Assembly: GCA_951406725.2 (NCBI GenBank)
Contig: OX597819.1
Location: forward strand, 126,976,001-127,040,000
Source of the DNA: Octopus vulgaris
Lineage: Eukaryota
Length of the DNA: 64,000 nucleotides
Direction of reading: 5' to 3'
This document shows, one piece after another, positions 1-12,915 of the stretch. How positions within the stretch are numbered: the first letter of the stretch is position 1; each line of letters begins with the position of its first letter. The notes under the pieces were generated by a model that saw nothing but the letters and a program-made list of their open reading frames with translations, searched no databases and had not been told where the DNA came from. The position numbers and the translations under genes were made by a program.

Positions 1-73
1 AGGTGGTGCTATTAAGTTAGACATGGCCTGGGCCAATAATGGCCGAAACCTATCAAAGTATCAAAGTATCAAA

Positions 74-654
<581 letters not shown>

Positions 655-931
655 GCTACAATAGAGTAAATGTATGTGGGTATATTTTATTACTGCAAAA
701 GGATTATAATCTTTCACAAAATATTTTAATGTTTACATCGTTTTATAATTTTGTCAATATCTATTTATAAAAACGAAATTCCGTCTATTCTACACTGCCG
801 ATATCATTTTAGTTGTCGATGACGAAATTAAGTTGACAACGGAACTGAGATTGACTGTCACGAAATTGAATTTGACAAAGAGGAGTTTGAGATTGTTATT
901 GAGTTTGCTCTCATATACACATACACGCACG

Positions 932-989
<58 letters not shown>

Positions 990-1253
990 AATAATGAGGG
1001 AGATAAATTAATATTAATTTCAATATCAATTTAAAACCAGTAGTCTAGCATACCAAAAATCTGAGAAATCAGAGAAAATTCAAATATATGTGTATATTGG
1101 CAGGGCAAGACTGCTAGGTAGTCGGCCGTATGCTAGAAATAGATCACCAACCATCAAACTACAAAGAAAGTTTTCTAGAGGAAAAATTCAGCGAACACCA
1201 GAACCAAATTTGGCGGGGAGGACAGATGAAAATTCATATAAAAAACAGAATTA

Positions 1254-1330
1254 ATTGCATACCTCGGTTTCGGCCTTTAACAAAAGAATTACTTACATAA
1301 TTCAAATGTCCGTGACCTCATCAGTACAAT
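1254..1330 (-). ncRNA. Type I hammerhead ribozyme with intact core, in a PLE pLTR-like island (~987-1420)
   Basis: Minus strand reads ATTGTA-CTGATGA-GGTC-[38-nt hairpin GAATTA/TAATTC]-GGCC-GAAAC-CGAG-GTA-TGCAAT. Stem I ATTGTA/TGCAAT, stem II GGTC/GGCC, NUH triplet GUA. Confidence 0.85.
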
Positions 1331-1467
1331 CGTTCAGTGTAAATGCAATCTGAAAAACAAACCCCAGCTTTCTGTGCCAAGACAGACACGTGCTTAGTTT
1401 TACCGATTACATTACGTGTGTGTATGTGCATCATTTTAAATTACTCAAACTTTGTTATAAAAATTCT

Positions 1468-1648
1468 TTCTAAATTTGGCACAAGGCCAGCAGTTTGAGT
1501 ACATCAATCTCAGTATATGGCTGGCACTTTATTTTATCGAAAGGATGAGAGGCGAAGTCAATTTCAGCGGGATTTGAACTGAGAACATAAAGTGTCGGAT
1601 AGAAATTTTGCCCAAGGTGTTAACGATTCTGCCAAGTCGCTGCTTTAA
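1468..1648 (-). mobile_element. Degenerate tRNA-derived SINE, family A (Nin/Deu-domain-like body)
   Basis: Reverse complement aligns by eye to copies at 2363-2584 and 6528-6760 (GGCAGAATCGTTA...TTCTCAGTTCAAATCCCGC...). Confidence 0.7.
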
Positions 1649-2362
1649 ACCTTGTGCAATAAGACGCCTCCAAAACCAATGCCAATGACACAATTAGGAA
1701 TACAGCTACTCAATGCAACAAAGTTCACCATTTTTTTTTCTGTTGATAACAAATATATAAATAATCACTGACAGAAAATTGTAAATTCGCCAAACATCAC
1801 AGCGAAATCTGGAAAATATTTTCACGTATAATCATAGCTAAATGCTAGATAGAAACAAAGACATCTAAGAAAGTTAGCCTGCATTTCTGAGTGTTATTCT
1901 GTTGGTTAAAATCGCTGCGAGATATTGCCATATAGCAAAAAAGAAAAAAACGGAAGTGAAAAAGTCAATTTTCAATGAGATTTCTTCTACTCTCTGCTCT
2001 TGAATCAGCGATGTAATACTACGCGGCTACTGACCAGACAAGATGCGACTATAAATGTCTTCTATTTAAAAGTGGAGACTGATACAATGCAAATAGAGCG
2101 CTGACAACTTTGGCAGGACTGCAAATTCAAAGCACTACACGTGAATGATAAAGAAAATTTGATGCGGCATCAAATACAATCCGCTCTTTAGAGTTAATTG
2201 CTAGACAGCAAGCAACTCTAATTTGCACAGCCACTGTTGTTGATTTTTAACTCCAAGTGTAGCCCTGATCAAGTAAATCTATTACCAACAACATTCTAGC
2301 CGTGATCATTTGCTTTTTATTCAAACGATCTATTTTAGGAAATAATATCCAATATATCCTTT

Positions 2363-2584
2363 CTGGCAGAATCGTTAGCACGCCGGACGAAATGCGTAGC
2401 CGTATTTCGTCTGCTGTTACGTTCTGAGTTCAAATTCCGCCGAGGTCGACTTTGCCTTTCATCCTTTCGGGGTCGATAAATTAAGTACCAGTTACGCACT
2501 GGTGTCGATATAATCGACTTAATCTTTTTGTCTTTCCATGTTTGTCCCCTCTGTGTTTAGTCCCTTGTGGGTAGTAAAGAAATA
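2363..2584 (+). mobile_element. SINE family A monomer
   Basis: Box-B-like GAGTTCAAATTCC and Nin-like GTCGACTTTGCCTTTCATCCTTTCGGGGTCGATAAA. 14-bp TSD AATATATCCTTTCT at 2351-2364 and 2586-2599. Confidence 0.92.
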
Positions 2585-3249
2585 AAATATATCCTTTCTT
2601 TCATTCTTAGCTAAAAAGTTGCATGCAATTTCTGAGAGTTTGGCTGCTATTTCTAACAAGTTGATTGTCCTCATAGAGTCTCTTTCATGAGTTCATTTAG
2701 TAACAATAAAAAATCAAAATACTATCTGTAGTCCGAAATACTAAAGCTAAGGCTGATACCATCAGACATACACTTACTGGAAGTCTATATATATGCACAC
2801 TAAATACAGTAAGGTCCATGAAGATTCTCAAATACTATCAAAAAAATATTTGCAAAAATGCCATTTTTTTTTTCTATTTGTAAAATTGCTAGCAACGAAC
2901 TTTTCGCTTGCTGCGTTAGTTGTCAGTTTTTAAAATTTAAATGGAAATCCAGCTAATGCGTCATGGTATTTTAATATGAAAAGCTACACGTTCCAAAGAA
3001 TTTTATTTTAGTACTCGGAATATCATTGGGACATCTAACCACAGTGAAATACTTAAAAGGGAAAAATTGATGAATTGCGTGGTATTTTGATTTTGTATCA
3101 ACGATCTGAAAGAAATTTGTTTTGTGTTCTTTTTAGCTGATCATATTTTTGTTTTCTATTTATAAAATAAACCTGATGATTTTTCCCAATAGTAATAACA
3201 CGGATTTCAAAAGAAACATTTCTACTGCAACCGCTGCTACGGTAGTTGT

Positions 3250-3295
<46 letters not shown>

Positions 3296-3847
3296 GAACA
3301 ACAAAACAAATGAGGGATTTTGCAGATCATAGAATGTTAGCAAAAAAAACCTGATGATTTTTACACATCCCATTCATCATATTATGTAATTTTATTTCAC
3401 ATTTTTATATCTACTTTTTTTTTTCTTCGCTGAAAGGAAATAACTATCACTCTCTCACGAATCTGATAATTTCATAAGAGAAGACATGAAAAGACGAAAA
3501 TACAACAAGATTAACAATAACTACAACAGCAAAAATACTAATGAAAATATAACATGAATTTTTTTCCCCTCGTCCAATCAATCTATCTGGGAAGCAATAT
3601 CTCTAAAGCATTCTATGACATATGGGCTGTATATACAGATCTCCGGGAAATTATGCCAACAAATAATCGAACTCATTCTGTTTCACATAGTCTTTGATCT
3701 TCTTATTTTTATATATATATGTTGATTTTATTATTTATTTATTTCTAAAATAACTACTGTAGCTATTCTAACAACAACAACAGCAAAAGCAACAACGATA
3801 TAAATATCAATAATATTAATGCCATCTCGAAGAGCGACAATCTGTGA

Positions 3848-3877
3848 TACACACACATATGTGTGTGTATGTATGTG

Positions 3878-3938
<61 letters not shown>

Positions 3939-3983
3939 ATACATATATATATATATATAAATATGTATGTATATATGTATATA

Positions 3984-4026
<43 letters not shown>

Positions 4027-4770
4027 ATATGTATATATATACATATATATATATGTACGTGTATATATACATATATATATAATATAAATATGTATTTGTA
4101 TAAAGAATATATATACACACATATATATATATATACACATGTATATATATATGTATCTATGTATAAATACAAATGTACATGTGCGCGCGCGTGTGAGAAG
4201 CAAAAAAAACAAACAAAAGAGTCCAATAGAACAAGAAAATATGATTGCGAAAAATTATCATTTCCAAAATGAAATAAAAATAAAATAAAAACAAATTTGC
4301 AAAATATGTTTTCTTTTCTCTTTCATTCTTCTTTAAAACAAATGTTTTTGGCTTATTTTGTCACCTGAAGCGTAAATATATTGTCATTATTTCTATTGTT
4401 ACGCACGACAAATGTTTTATTATTTATTTTTTTTCTTTTTAACCGTTGATCTTCCACCGTGACCAATTAGATTCCAACCAGGCAAATACCTTATTAAACC
4501 AAGCTAAAATAAACTAACAAGAAAGAAACAGAAATAATACCAAAAAAAAAAATAAATAAATAGAAATAAAATCACAGACTAAAACAAAGAAATAACAACA
4601 ACAACAACAACAACAACAGCAGCAATAATAAGTGTAGTATCCTAAAACAATATACATAGAATAAATAAACACAGAATTCAATGAAAGTTTATCAAAAGTA
4701 AATAAATGCTAAAATAGCACGGTCAAGCAGAAAATGAAGTCATGTTTCATGATCTGCTAATATATATATG

Positions 4771-4845
<75 letters not shown>

Positions 4846-5005
4846 CTATGTATATATGCATGCATGTATATATATATATGTTTATATATATGTATGTATA
4901 TATATATGTATATATATATATATGTATGTATATATATATATATGTATGTATATGTATGTATATATATATATGTATATATATATATATGTATATATATATA
5001 TGTAT

Positions 5006-5039
<34 letters not shown>

Positions 5040-5120
5040 ATATACGCACACATATACATAGATATATTTATTCATATACATATACATACATATATACATA
5101 CATGCACACACACACATCTT
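3848..5120. repeat. Two compound (TG)n/(TA)n/(TATG)n microsatellite blocks (3848-4195 and 4760-5120)
   Basis: Directly visible. Confidence 0.95.
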
Positions 5121-5649
5121 TTTTCCGCACGAAACAAACACAATTCAGTGATTATCTTACGAAAAAAACGAGGGATTATGTACATACATATATACGTAAA
5201 TACACGTACACACACAGAGAGAGAGACACAAACATAGAAACGCACATTAGTCTCGACTCCAAACATCAACAACAACAACAACAACAGCAACTACAAAAAA
5301 AAAGTTGTAACGGTTGCATCAGACATAACTCAATTCGTCTGTATCATGTTTGAATAAGGAGGGAAAAGATCATTGAAATACTCGAACTAAAATAACAAAT
5401 CATTTATCGAAATAATGCTGCTACTGCTTTTGTTATTGTAGATTAGCCACCCCTGCTCTAATCATCAGGCCAATTTATTATCAAAGACATTCCGCCCATG
5501 ACAATGGCATCTTATTATTATTGTTTTTTTTTCAATATTGTGTCTAGGACTGCATTATCCAAATCACTCCCCCCACTGCCGTAGCCTTTGGAAGATGGTA
5601 AGCTATGACTTGAGGGAGTTTTGGCTGCTATGTATATAAATCGAGTAAT

Positions 5650-6040
5650 TATGTAGAATATCCCGTCTTGCCTCACCCAAGAAATTATTTCTACAGTTCA
5701 TACATTGCTCCCTGTAACATTTTGTTGTCTTCCAAGCTGAAGGAGAACGCGCAGATCGGTGGCACCTACACCAGGATAATGCACTAGTCCGCAATTCCAT
5801 CACTGTAACTAACTACCTGACAGGGATGGCCATCAAGGCTGTCCTTCACCCTCCCTATAGTCCATACATTGATCCCTGTGACATTTTGTTGTCTTCCAAG
5901 ACATAGCGATGAAAAAGCCTGTCAAAAGAGCCATGGTCACCTTCAATTTGGAGAACCTCTGTAGGGCCTTCAGGAAGTGGCTTGAACTCTACAGCAATTA
6001 CATTGAAGACAGACAAAGAATCCTATATTGAAATTAATAA
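5650..6040 (+). pseudogene. Mariner transposase C-terminal fragment
   Basis: Translates WHLHQDNA...NYLTGMAIKAVLHPPYSPYIDPCD, matching the mariner HDNA and HPPYSPDLAPxD motifs. Confidence 0.75.
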
Positions 6041-6527
6041 ATATTTCTTGTTACCCCTCCCACACACACACACATAACACACACATACGCACACATTCAC
6101 TCACTCTTACAAAACTGAGTATCATGAAAGCGTTAACTTTTCATAGAGTGCAGAGCGCCTAGCTATAAATTAGCCATGGACCAATATTTTTCTAGCGGTG
6201 GGGTATATGATACATTATTCAGCTGAAATCGAATCGACCCATTAAGTTATAATTTAAGAAGCTTCATATGCAGTTCAGGGTACAATATGCAGTATTACGA
6301 ATAATAAATCTTAAAAGTTTAGTCAATACAAAGGAAAAGAAAATGAAAAAAACAAAGTAAGCAGGGGAGATTGCAGTCGGGTATAATGACACCGATACTT
6401 GATTATATTTGTTTTTTGTCGATATCTGAACAATGAAAGCCAGAATCGACTCATTTTCCCTTGTCCCTTGTAGCAGCAAATGACCTGAAAGCTGCAACGG
6501 TGGAACCTTCTAATATATTTGGAGCAC

Positions 6528-6760
6528 GCGGCGAGTTGGCAGAACCGTTAGCACGCCGAGCGAAATGCGTAGCCGTTTTTCGTCTGCCGTTACGTTCTGA
6601 GTTCAAGTTCCGCTGAGGTCGACTTTGCCTTTCATCCTTTCGGGGTCGATAAATTAAGTACCGGTTACGCAGCACTGGGGTCGATATAATCGACTTAATC
6701 CGTTTGTCTGTCCTTGTTTGTCCTCTCTGTGTTTAGCCTCTTGTAGGTAGTAAAGAAATA
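6528..6760 (+). mobile_element. SINE family A monomer, near full length
   Basis: Same body as 2363-2584; 18-bp TSD ATATATTTGGAGCACGCG at 6513-6530 and 6760-6777. Confidence 0.93.
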
Positions 6761-6899
6761 TATATTTGGAGCACGCGCAGGTTAAACAGTGGCCTAACTC
6801 AAGGAAACAAGAATAACACTGTATAACGATACATTTGATCCATTGTGCATTAGGCCATCTATACCTGAGCTTATAAGCTCTCGCTCTTTTCAACAAATC

Positions 6900-8840
6900 A
6901 GTATAAAAAGATATAACTGAGCTTTCACTGTGTTGAGCGAGTTGATTGGTTACATTTGCAGTTCTCTAGTAATGTAGGAGGGAAGCGAAATAGTGAATAT
7001 AATATATGCTACTATTGCTTTGGAATCAAGCATCTCGTTGATTTATATAGTGCTGAAGTAGTTGTGCAGCTGAGTTTGGGTGGAATGATGCGATGATTAT
7101 GCTATCATCTGTGTATGGAGCGCAAAACGTAGCTGAGATGAAGCAATAGTTTTCGTTCACTGTACACATTTACACATTTAGCTGTCTTTGTTTACTCTGT
7201 AAATTTTGCAATCTAACTGGTAGTCTGCTAGCCAGCTTTTTGTATACTTTATTAAAGAGTAGTTCAATATTGTGTATATAAGTAGATAGTGAAGGATAGA
7301 ATTGAAAGCTTTGCGGGTGTTGGTGTAATTAAAAGCGAGTATATGAATTTTTGATGTTGAAGGCATACTATAAGAATCACGTGTGGTGGTCGAGTGTAGT
7401 AGTGTGACTATTAGGACTTTGAGAGGGGAATGTATGAGTTATGGTTGTCTAGGATTAGTGTATCAGGTTGAGTAAAAAGTAAGCAACGTTTTGAACCACG
7501 AAGAATTTGTACCAGAATTTTGCATAGCTTTAATGTTTTTTAAAGTTTTTGGGCAATTATCTGATAATACAGACATAGAATTGCCCAAATGCATCAATAA
7601 ATAAACATTGATATTTTTTCCCCGTTGTTACAATCATCTGAAATGGAACTGTCAAAGCGCGATATTCAAGCAATTTTGCTATTCAACTTCAAAAAAATGG
7701 ACGTAAAGCAGCTAGAATTGCACGCGATATCAAGGAAACGTTTAGTGAGGAAATTACCAGTGAGTGGTCAGCTCGACAATGGTTTAAACGATTTCGCAGT
7801 GGAGACCTGAGCCTTGAAGATCGTGAGCATAGTGGACGTCCATCTATCATCAATGGCGGTCAATTAAAGACCGTCGTTGAGGAAAATCCACGTAAAATCA
7901 CTCGAGAACTGGCAAAAGAACTCCAAGTTGGCCAGAAAACTGCCTGTAACCATTTGCATGTGATCGGAAAATCAAAAAAACTCGACAAATGGGGCCACAC
8001 GATTTGAATGAAAATCAGAAAATGTAGTTATGAAATTTGTTCGATATATTTCTCGAACGAATTGTAACTTGCGATGAAAAGTGGATTCTGTACAATAATA
8101 GAAAACATTCTTTGCAGTGGCTGAACCAAAATGAAGCACCGAAAACCTTCTTTAGACCCGAGCTCTTCAAAAGGAAGATTATGGTGACTTATCCACTATG
8201 ATTTCTTAGAACCCGGGAAAACCATTACTACAGAAATATATTGCTATGAAATTGCCAAAATGAACAAAAAAAAAAAAAACTGCTACTCCTCTGTCCCAGA
8301 CTGTTCACTAGAAAAGGGCCAATGACGATGCTCGACCACACGCTTCACTAATGACGCTCCAGAAGTTGAGGGAACTTGGCTACGAAGTTCTTCTGCACCC
8401 AGCTTATTCCCCAGACCTTTCTCCTATCGATTACCATTTTTTCAAGTACCTTGATGGTTTTCTGCGAGAGGAGTTCAAAAATCGAACCGATGCTGACAGT
8501 GATTTCAAAGAGTTCATCAGCTCCAGAACTCTAGACTTTTATGTTACCGGAATAAACAAACTCGTTACTCGTTGGCAAAAATGTGTTGATTGTAATAGTA
8601 CTTACTTTGATGAATAAAATTTCCGCATTGTTGAAATATATTGTGGTGAATTTCGCCATTCGAAACGTTGCTTACTTTTAACTCTGCCTAATATTCAATA
8701 TAGTGATAGAAAGTGATGAATCTACATGATAGTATTTCACTCCTTTTTTCCAGTGTTTTTGTATTGGGATGATTTCTCCCAAACCCTTCGTATTTTAGGT
8801 GTATACGTATATATAGCGTTTTTAAGTCGAGAGTTTTTTT
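6900..8840 (-). pseudogene. Very degraded CR1/Jockey-type LINE reverse transcriptase, split by the mariner at 7463-8691
   Basis: Minus-strand remnants in correct order: EIIPIQK (~8770), KAFNSILHYLL..W (7178-7366 ORF; KAFD motif), PYTDD (~7105; YADD). Confidence 0.55.
7463..8691 (+). mobile_element. Full-length mariner (DD34D) DNA transposon with a frameshifted transposase
   Basis: TIRs TCAGGTTGAGTAAAAAGTAAGCAACGTTTTGAA and TTCGAAACGTTGCTTACTTTTAACTCTGCCTAA; TA TSD at 7461-62 and 8692-93; motifs PHDL, TCDEKWILY, HPAYSPDLSPIDY. Confidence 0.95.
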
Positions 8841-9659
8841 CAGCTTTCGACTCCCTTACTGGTTTTCAGATCTCTGATGAAAAGAAATGTGGAAGTTTAT
8901 ATTTTGCATTTAATAGTTAATATTCTTATTTTCGAAGCTTCATATGCAGTTCAGGGTCCATTATGTATTACGATAAATGAATCTTAAAAGTTTAGTCAAT
9001 ACAAAGGAAAAGAAATTAACAGGGTGGCTCTTAAAGTTTATATTACAAAATTTTAGGGAAAAGCAACGATTTATATGATCATGGCTTTTAGCGCACCATA
9101 TTAAAAGACAAAGCCCTACACGTAGTTCGAATACAATAATTTTCCTACGTCTGCTTAATATTACACCAATTTCCAGGTAATCAAGTATGGCCACTATGAG
9201 ACAAATACAAAAGTACTTGACTTGCACTGGCCATGTCTAATTAGAGTTGATCCTATAATATGATCAATAGTGTTGTGTAGAGTCAGGCACAGAATGATCG
9301 AACAGAATTATGATCAAAGGCATTCCTAGGCAACGTGTCTGTTATGTCTAGTATGTTGAGTGACCACCTGTAGGCTCTATCGTTGGCTTCTGCGGAACAT
9401 TTGATATTTCGGCTGGTATTCCGGTATTTCTACCATCATAAAGGCAACGATTGTTCCATTATACATTCTGAGAAAACATCAATACTTCAACCACCACAGA
9501 TACCACTACCAACACCTTTGCGACCACAACCAATACCACCGCCACCTATATCACTACACCCCACAATAGTTAATGGAACGCAAGGGGTCAAATATTTGAT
9601 CTGCAGCCTGAATGCAGTTTGATGATCTCAGTTAACTACATACTTAAAAATAAGGTGAC

Positions 9660-9855
9660 TATATGGACCAACAAGGGAGATTCTATGTAGTCCCTTAACC
9701 TGCTAGAAATAGCAGCAAAATATCCCTCCAACCAAAGCCTATTATTTTATAAAGGTAGGGTATATTAAATAACCTATTCATAGATCATGACTGGAATGCC
9801 TTTAACTATACTCGTACGTCTGCTCAATCGCCATAGACTTGAACACATCAACAAT
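9660..9855 (+). mobile_element. Ancient SINE-like dispersed repeat, family E; further degraded copies near 2250-2700, 5440-5635, 9280-9390, 28590-28770, 29995-30200, 40350-40525, 53500-53590, 57380-57540
   Basis: Recurrent motif CTAGAAATAGCAGCCAAAT-CCCTCAAATC (reverse complement GATTTGGCTGCTATTTCTA); (CAA)n tail at 30187-30203. Confidence 0.6.
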
Positions 9856-10850
9856 GGTAGTAACAAAATACGAGTATTTGAGTACATGAGTAATTTTTAA
9901 AAAAAAATGATTCTGAATATTCGCCTGAATTTCATATTCTTTTAGAAACCAAACTTTCAAGATCTCGCCTTCCTGGCACCATGTCTAGTCAGATAGCTAA
10001 CACAGATGCATATAAGCCTACTAATGAGACGTATATCTAAAATATAAGTAAGTTATTCTTAAAAGATAAAGGAGAAAATAATTTTCCACCATCATTCTTT
10101 GTGCCAAAAAAACATTTTTCTTTCTTCATCTTCGCTATTTCTCTAGTCGCCACCTTCCATCTGCCTCTCGTTTCCTTACTTAATCTTTTCACTTCTTTTT
10201 TTTTTTTCTACACTTTTAACCATTCCCATTCCTTTACCTCTTCCTCCATCATTCTCTCTCTCTCCCCTCCCCCCTCTCTCTCATTAAATCCCTTCTTAGT
10301 TGTTCTCTTTGGATATCTCTGTTGGCTTTCATTTCAACGTTTCTCCCATTCTATTAAAGCCTTTCGTTACGCAAGGTCAATCGGTGCGATTACTACAAAG
10401 TAGCGTTTCTTTTAATAATCCCCTTTATGAACTGCTTAAAAAGAAAAACTGCTACAACAACTACAACAACATGAAACCACCTCAGAAGCAACCCAGTTTT
10501 TCGGAATAGTTTTATGCGGTGTTTTCCTTTCATTTTCATTCCTAAGTCATATTATCGCAAATAACAACCGATTCATTTCGATAGGCGACTATTATGCTTG
10601 CTTCCATGACTATTAAATATTATGTAGAGAAAATGTGGAGATCAACGAAGATATAAACCCAGGAGCCAATATTGGAAGAAATCACCCCAAAGAACTATAA
10701 CTAACTTCCAGAAATCTCTGGCATGCTGCACTGCGAAGACACAATTGCTGGTTCGAAATAAACTCCAGAGGCACAATAGTGCCGTCAGCGTTGCCAGTCC
10801 ATGTTGCACGAAGAGTGACAAAACCGATTTGCCCTTTTATTATTATTGCT

Positions 10851-10895
<45 letters not shown>

Positions 10896-12194
10896 ATCCT
10901 TATTGACTTTTTTTCGTTGTTTTTGTTGCTGTTTGCTGTGAATGGTCACATATCACAGAGAAGATATTTTTTATTCATGATTACACGACGGAAAAATAAT
11001 TTTTCATGTTCTTTTTAAGAACAAAGGGTTTCAGAGTATTTGATCATCCACTGCACTAAACTGAGGTCGAAAATGTAGTTCGTTCGTAGATATTTTTGTG
11101 GTATACATGTACTCTTGAAAATGTTCATTCTGTTTTGTTTGGTAGTCTTTTAATACACTCTGTTCTGATTTTGTAGATTAGAAAAGAATAAGAAACAGAA
11201 ACGTCAATTAAATAAATGCAAGTTATGATTTTACAAACTAAAACAAACTTAAGTAACATTAATCTAAATACACCCACGAAGCACAACAATTAATCATTCG
11301 TAAGCGCTGTAGGTTCTTCAACTAAATAAGAGGAAGAAACAGAAGAGCTGTGTTACAAATGACAATGCCTCTTTGCCTGATGGATAAGATACCATCCTTT
11401 TCATCGGGCAAAGGACGGGACGGAAGGTGACATTCCTCGGTCTGTTCCTCAAACGCTGGGATTTCTTTTTGCGCTCAGATGAAGAGCTAGAGGAAGCTTT
11501 GTATGTTTCTGTAATCTAATACTTGAACTTGAAAACTGAGGATTCCGCGGCGAGGGGTTCACGTGTATAGCTCATGCGTCACTCTTTTATCAAGGGCTTG
11601 TGTCACAATACATGGGTTTCTGAAGTATGGGGTTCAGTATCAGAAATACTGGCACAGCTGTAGACTCTTGGTCTGATGTGAACACTTGCAGCATAGCACA
11701 AGCGGGTGGCAAGCGCGAGGGACACGGTGAACAGTATGTGGTTGGGTAGAATTTAAATGGACCTCTAGTATTTAACGATCCCGATAACCACAAGCCTATC
11801 TCACAGTTGTATCTCAGAGAGAGAAAGAGATAGGGAGAGAAAGATAGAGAGAGAGAGAAATGAGATTAACAACTAATCAGACTGGATTTATGGGGGTAGA
11901 ATAAATGATATATGGATAAATAGAGGGATGGCTGAATGGATCCATTTAGCCAATTGCTCATCCATTCACAGATCCGTCAATGTATAAACACATACACTAA
12001 GTACAGTTTATCAGTAGAAACATCCAAGGAGTTCTCTGTTTGGATTTTTTGTATTGAATATACAGTAATGGTTCACATAAACTGACACTTCACGCACTTC
12101 TATATGCATAGATTAACTAGTTGACATAAATACAAATCACATTGTGCCTTGTCACTTCGTGACCAGCTTGAATTCTATATATATATATACATAT

Positions 12195-12720
12195 AAATCG
12201 AAGTGTACAGTATTATACATCCATTACGGCCGATCATACCTATCGGTTTTGCACTAGAGGTTCAATCGAGTGTTAAGTAACAGCTCGATTATGTAACTAT
12301 CGCTCTTCAGAGATGGCAATTATGGAATGAAATATGGCAGCTGCTCTCTATTGTTGGAGGTGAAAAAGACACATCCGGTTTGTGGTTGTGGAAAAACGAC
12401 GAAATGAACCGAGCAAGGACATGTTAAAACTTATGCCCCTTGGAACCAAAACACCATTCCCAAGAGTCTTCTGGAAAAGTGTGTATGGGAAATGTGTGTA
12501 CGTTTTCAGTGTTGATGTTCTTGTAAGACTGGAATATGTGCTCTGGTACTATATGTGTAGTGTATTCGTGGGTGGTGATTGTTTCGCAGTTGCCTAAAAG
12601 CCGCATAAGCACATGTATGTTCGTTTGTGACTGTTGTATTGGTGATGGGAGGGCCGAATCTGGGGGGCTGGCAGATATAGTCAGGATGGGGCACGTAGAC
12701 ATGATAGGATGTACTTCCTT
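12195..12720 (-). mobile_element. Penelope-like element 3' fragment: degraded GIY-YIG end plus pLTR
   Basis: Minus strand CPILT.. (C.xLYIG-like), EHIFQS, GVLVPRGI (P.G.N-like), then an HHR fold and a (TA)n end. Confidence 0.55.
12229..12317 (-). ncRNA. Type I hammerhead fold with G12A substitution
   Basis: GCCATCT-CTGAAGA-GCG-[hairpin AATCGAG/CTCGATT]-TGC-AAAAC-CGATAG-GTA-TGATCGGC. Confidence 0.7.
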
Positions 12721-12792
12721 TTTAAAAATATAAAATATAGATAATTTACCCATCGCACCCTGTATATATGTATGAATATATGTACTGAATTT

Positions 12793-12872
<80 letters not shown>

Positions 12873-12873
12873 A

Positions 12874-12915
<42 letters not shown>

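Noticed and set aside
24-52. CTG-GGCC-AATAAT-GGCC-GAAAC, hammerhead-like
   Set aside because: ATGA of the core and the NUH/stem I 3' strand are missing; possible relic, not counted.
812-840. GTTGTC-GATGA-C-GAAA-TTAA-GTT-GACAAC as a deleted hammerhead
   Set aside because: Needs several deletions, including all of stem II; suggestive only.
3173-3225. CTGATGA-TTTT...AAAA-GAAAC
   Set aside because: No stem I or stem III pairing; expected by chance in AT-rich DNA.
11351-11607. Possible solo LTR (TGTTACA...TGTCACA) with a 12-bp hairpin near 11371-11412
   Set aside because: No TSD, PBS or second copy in the window.
12720-12765. CAGGGTGCGATGGG Tc1-like TIR on the minus strand
   Set aside because: Only one terminus visible and no transposase; too short to call an element.
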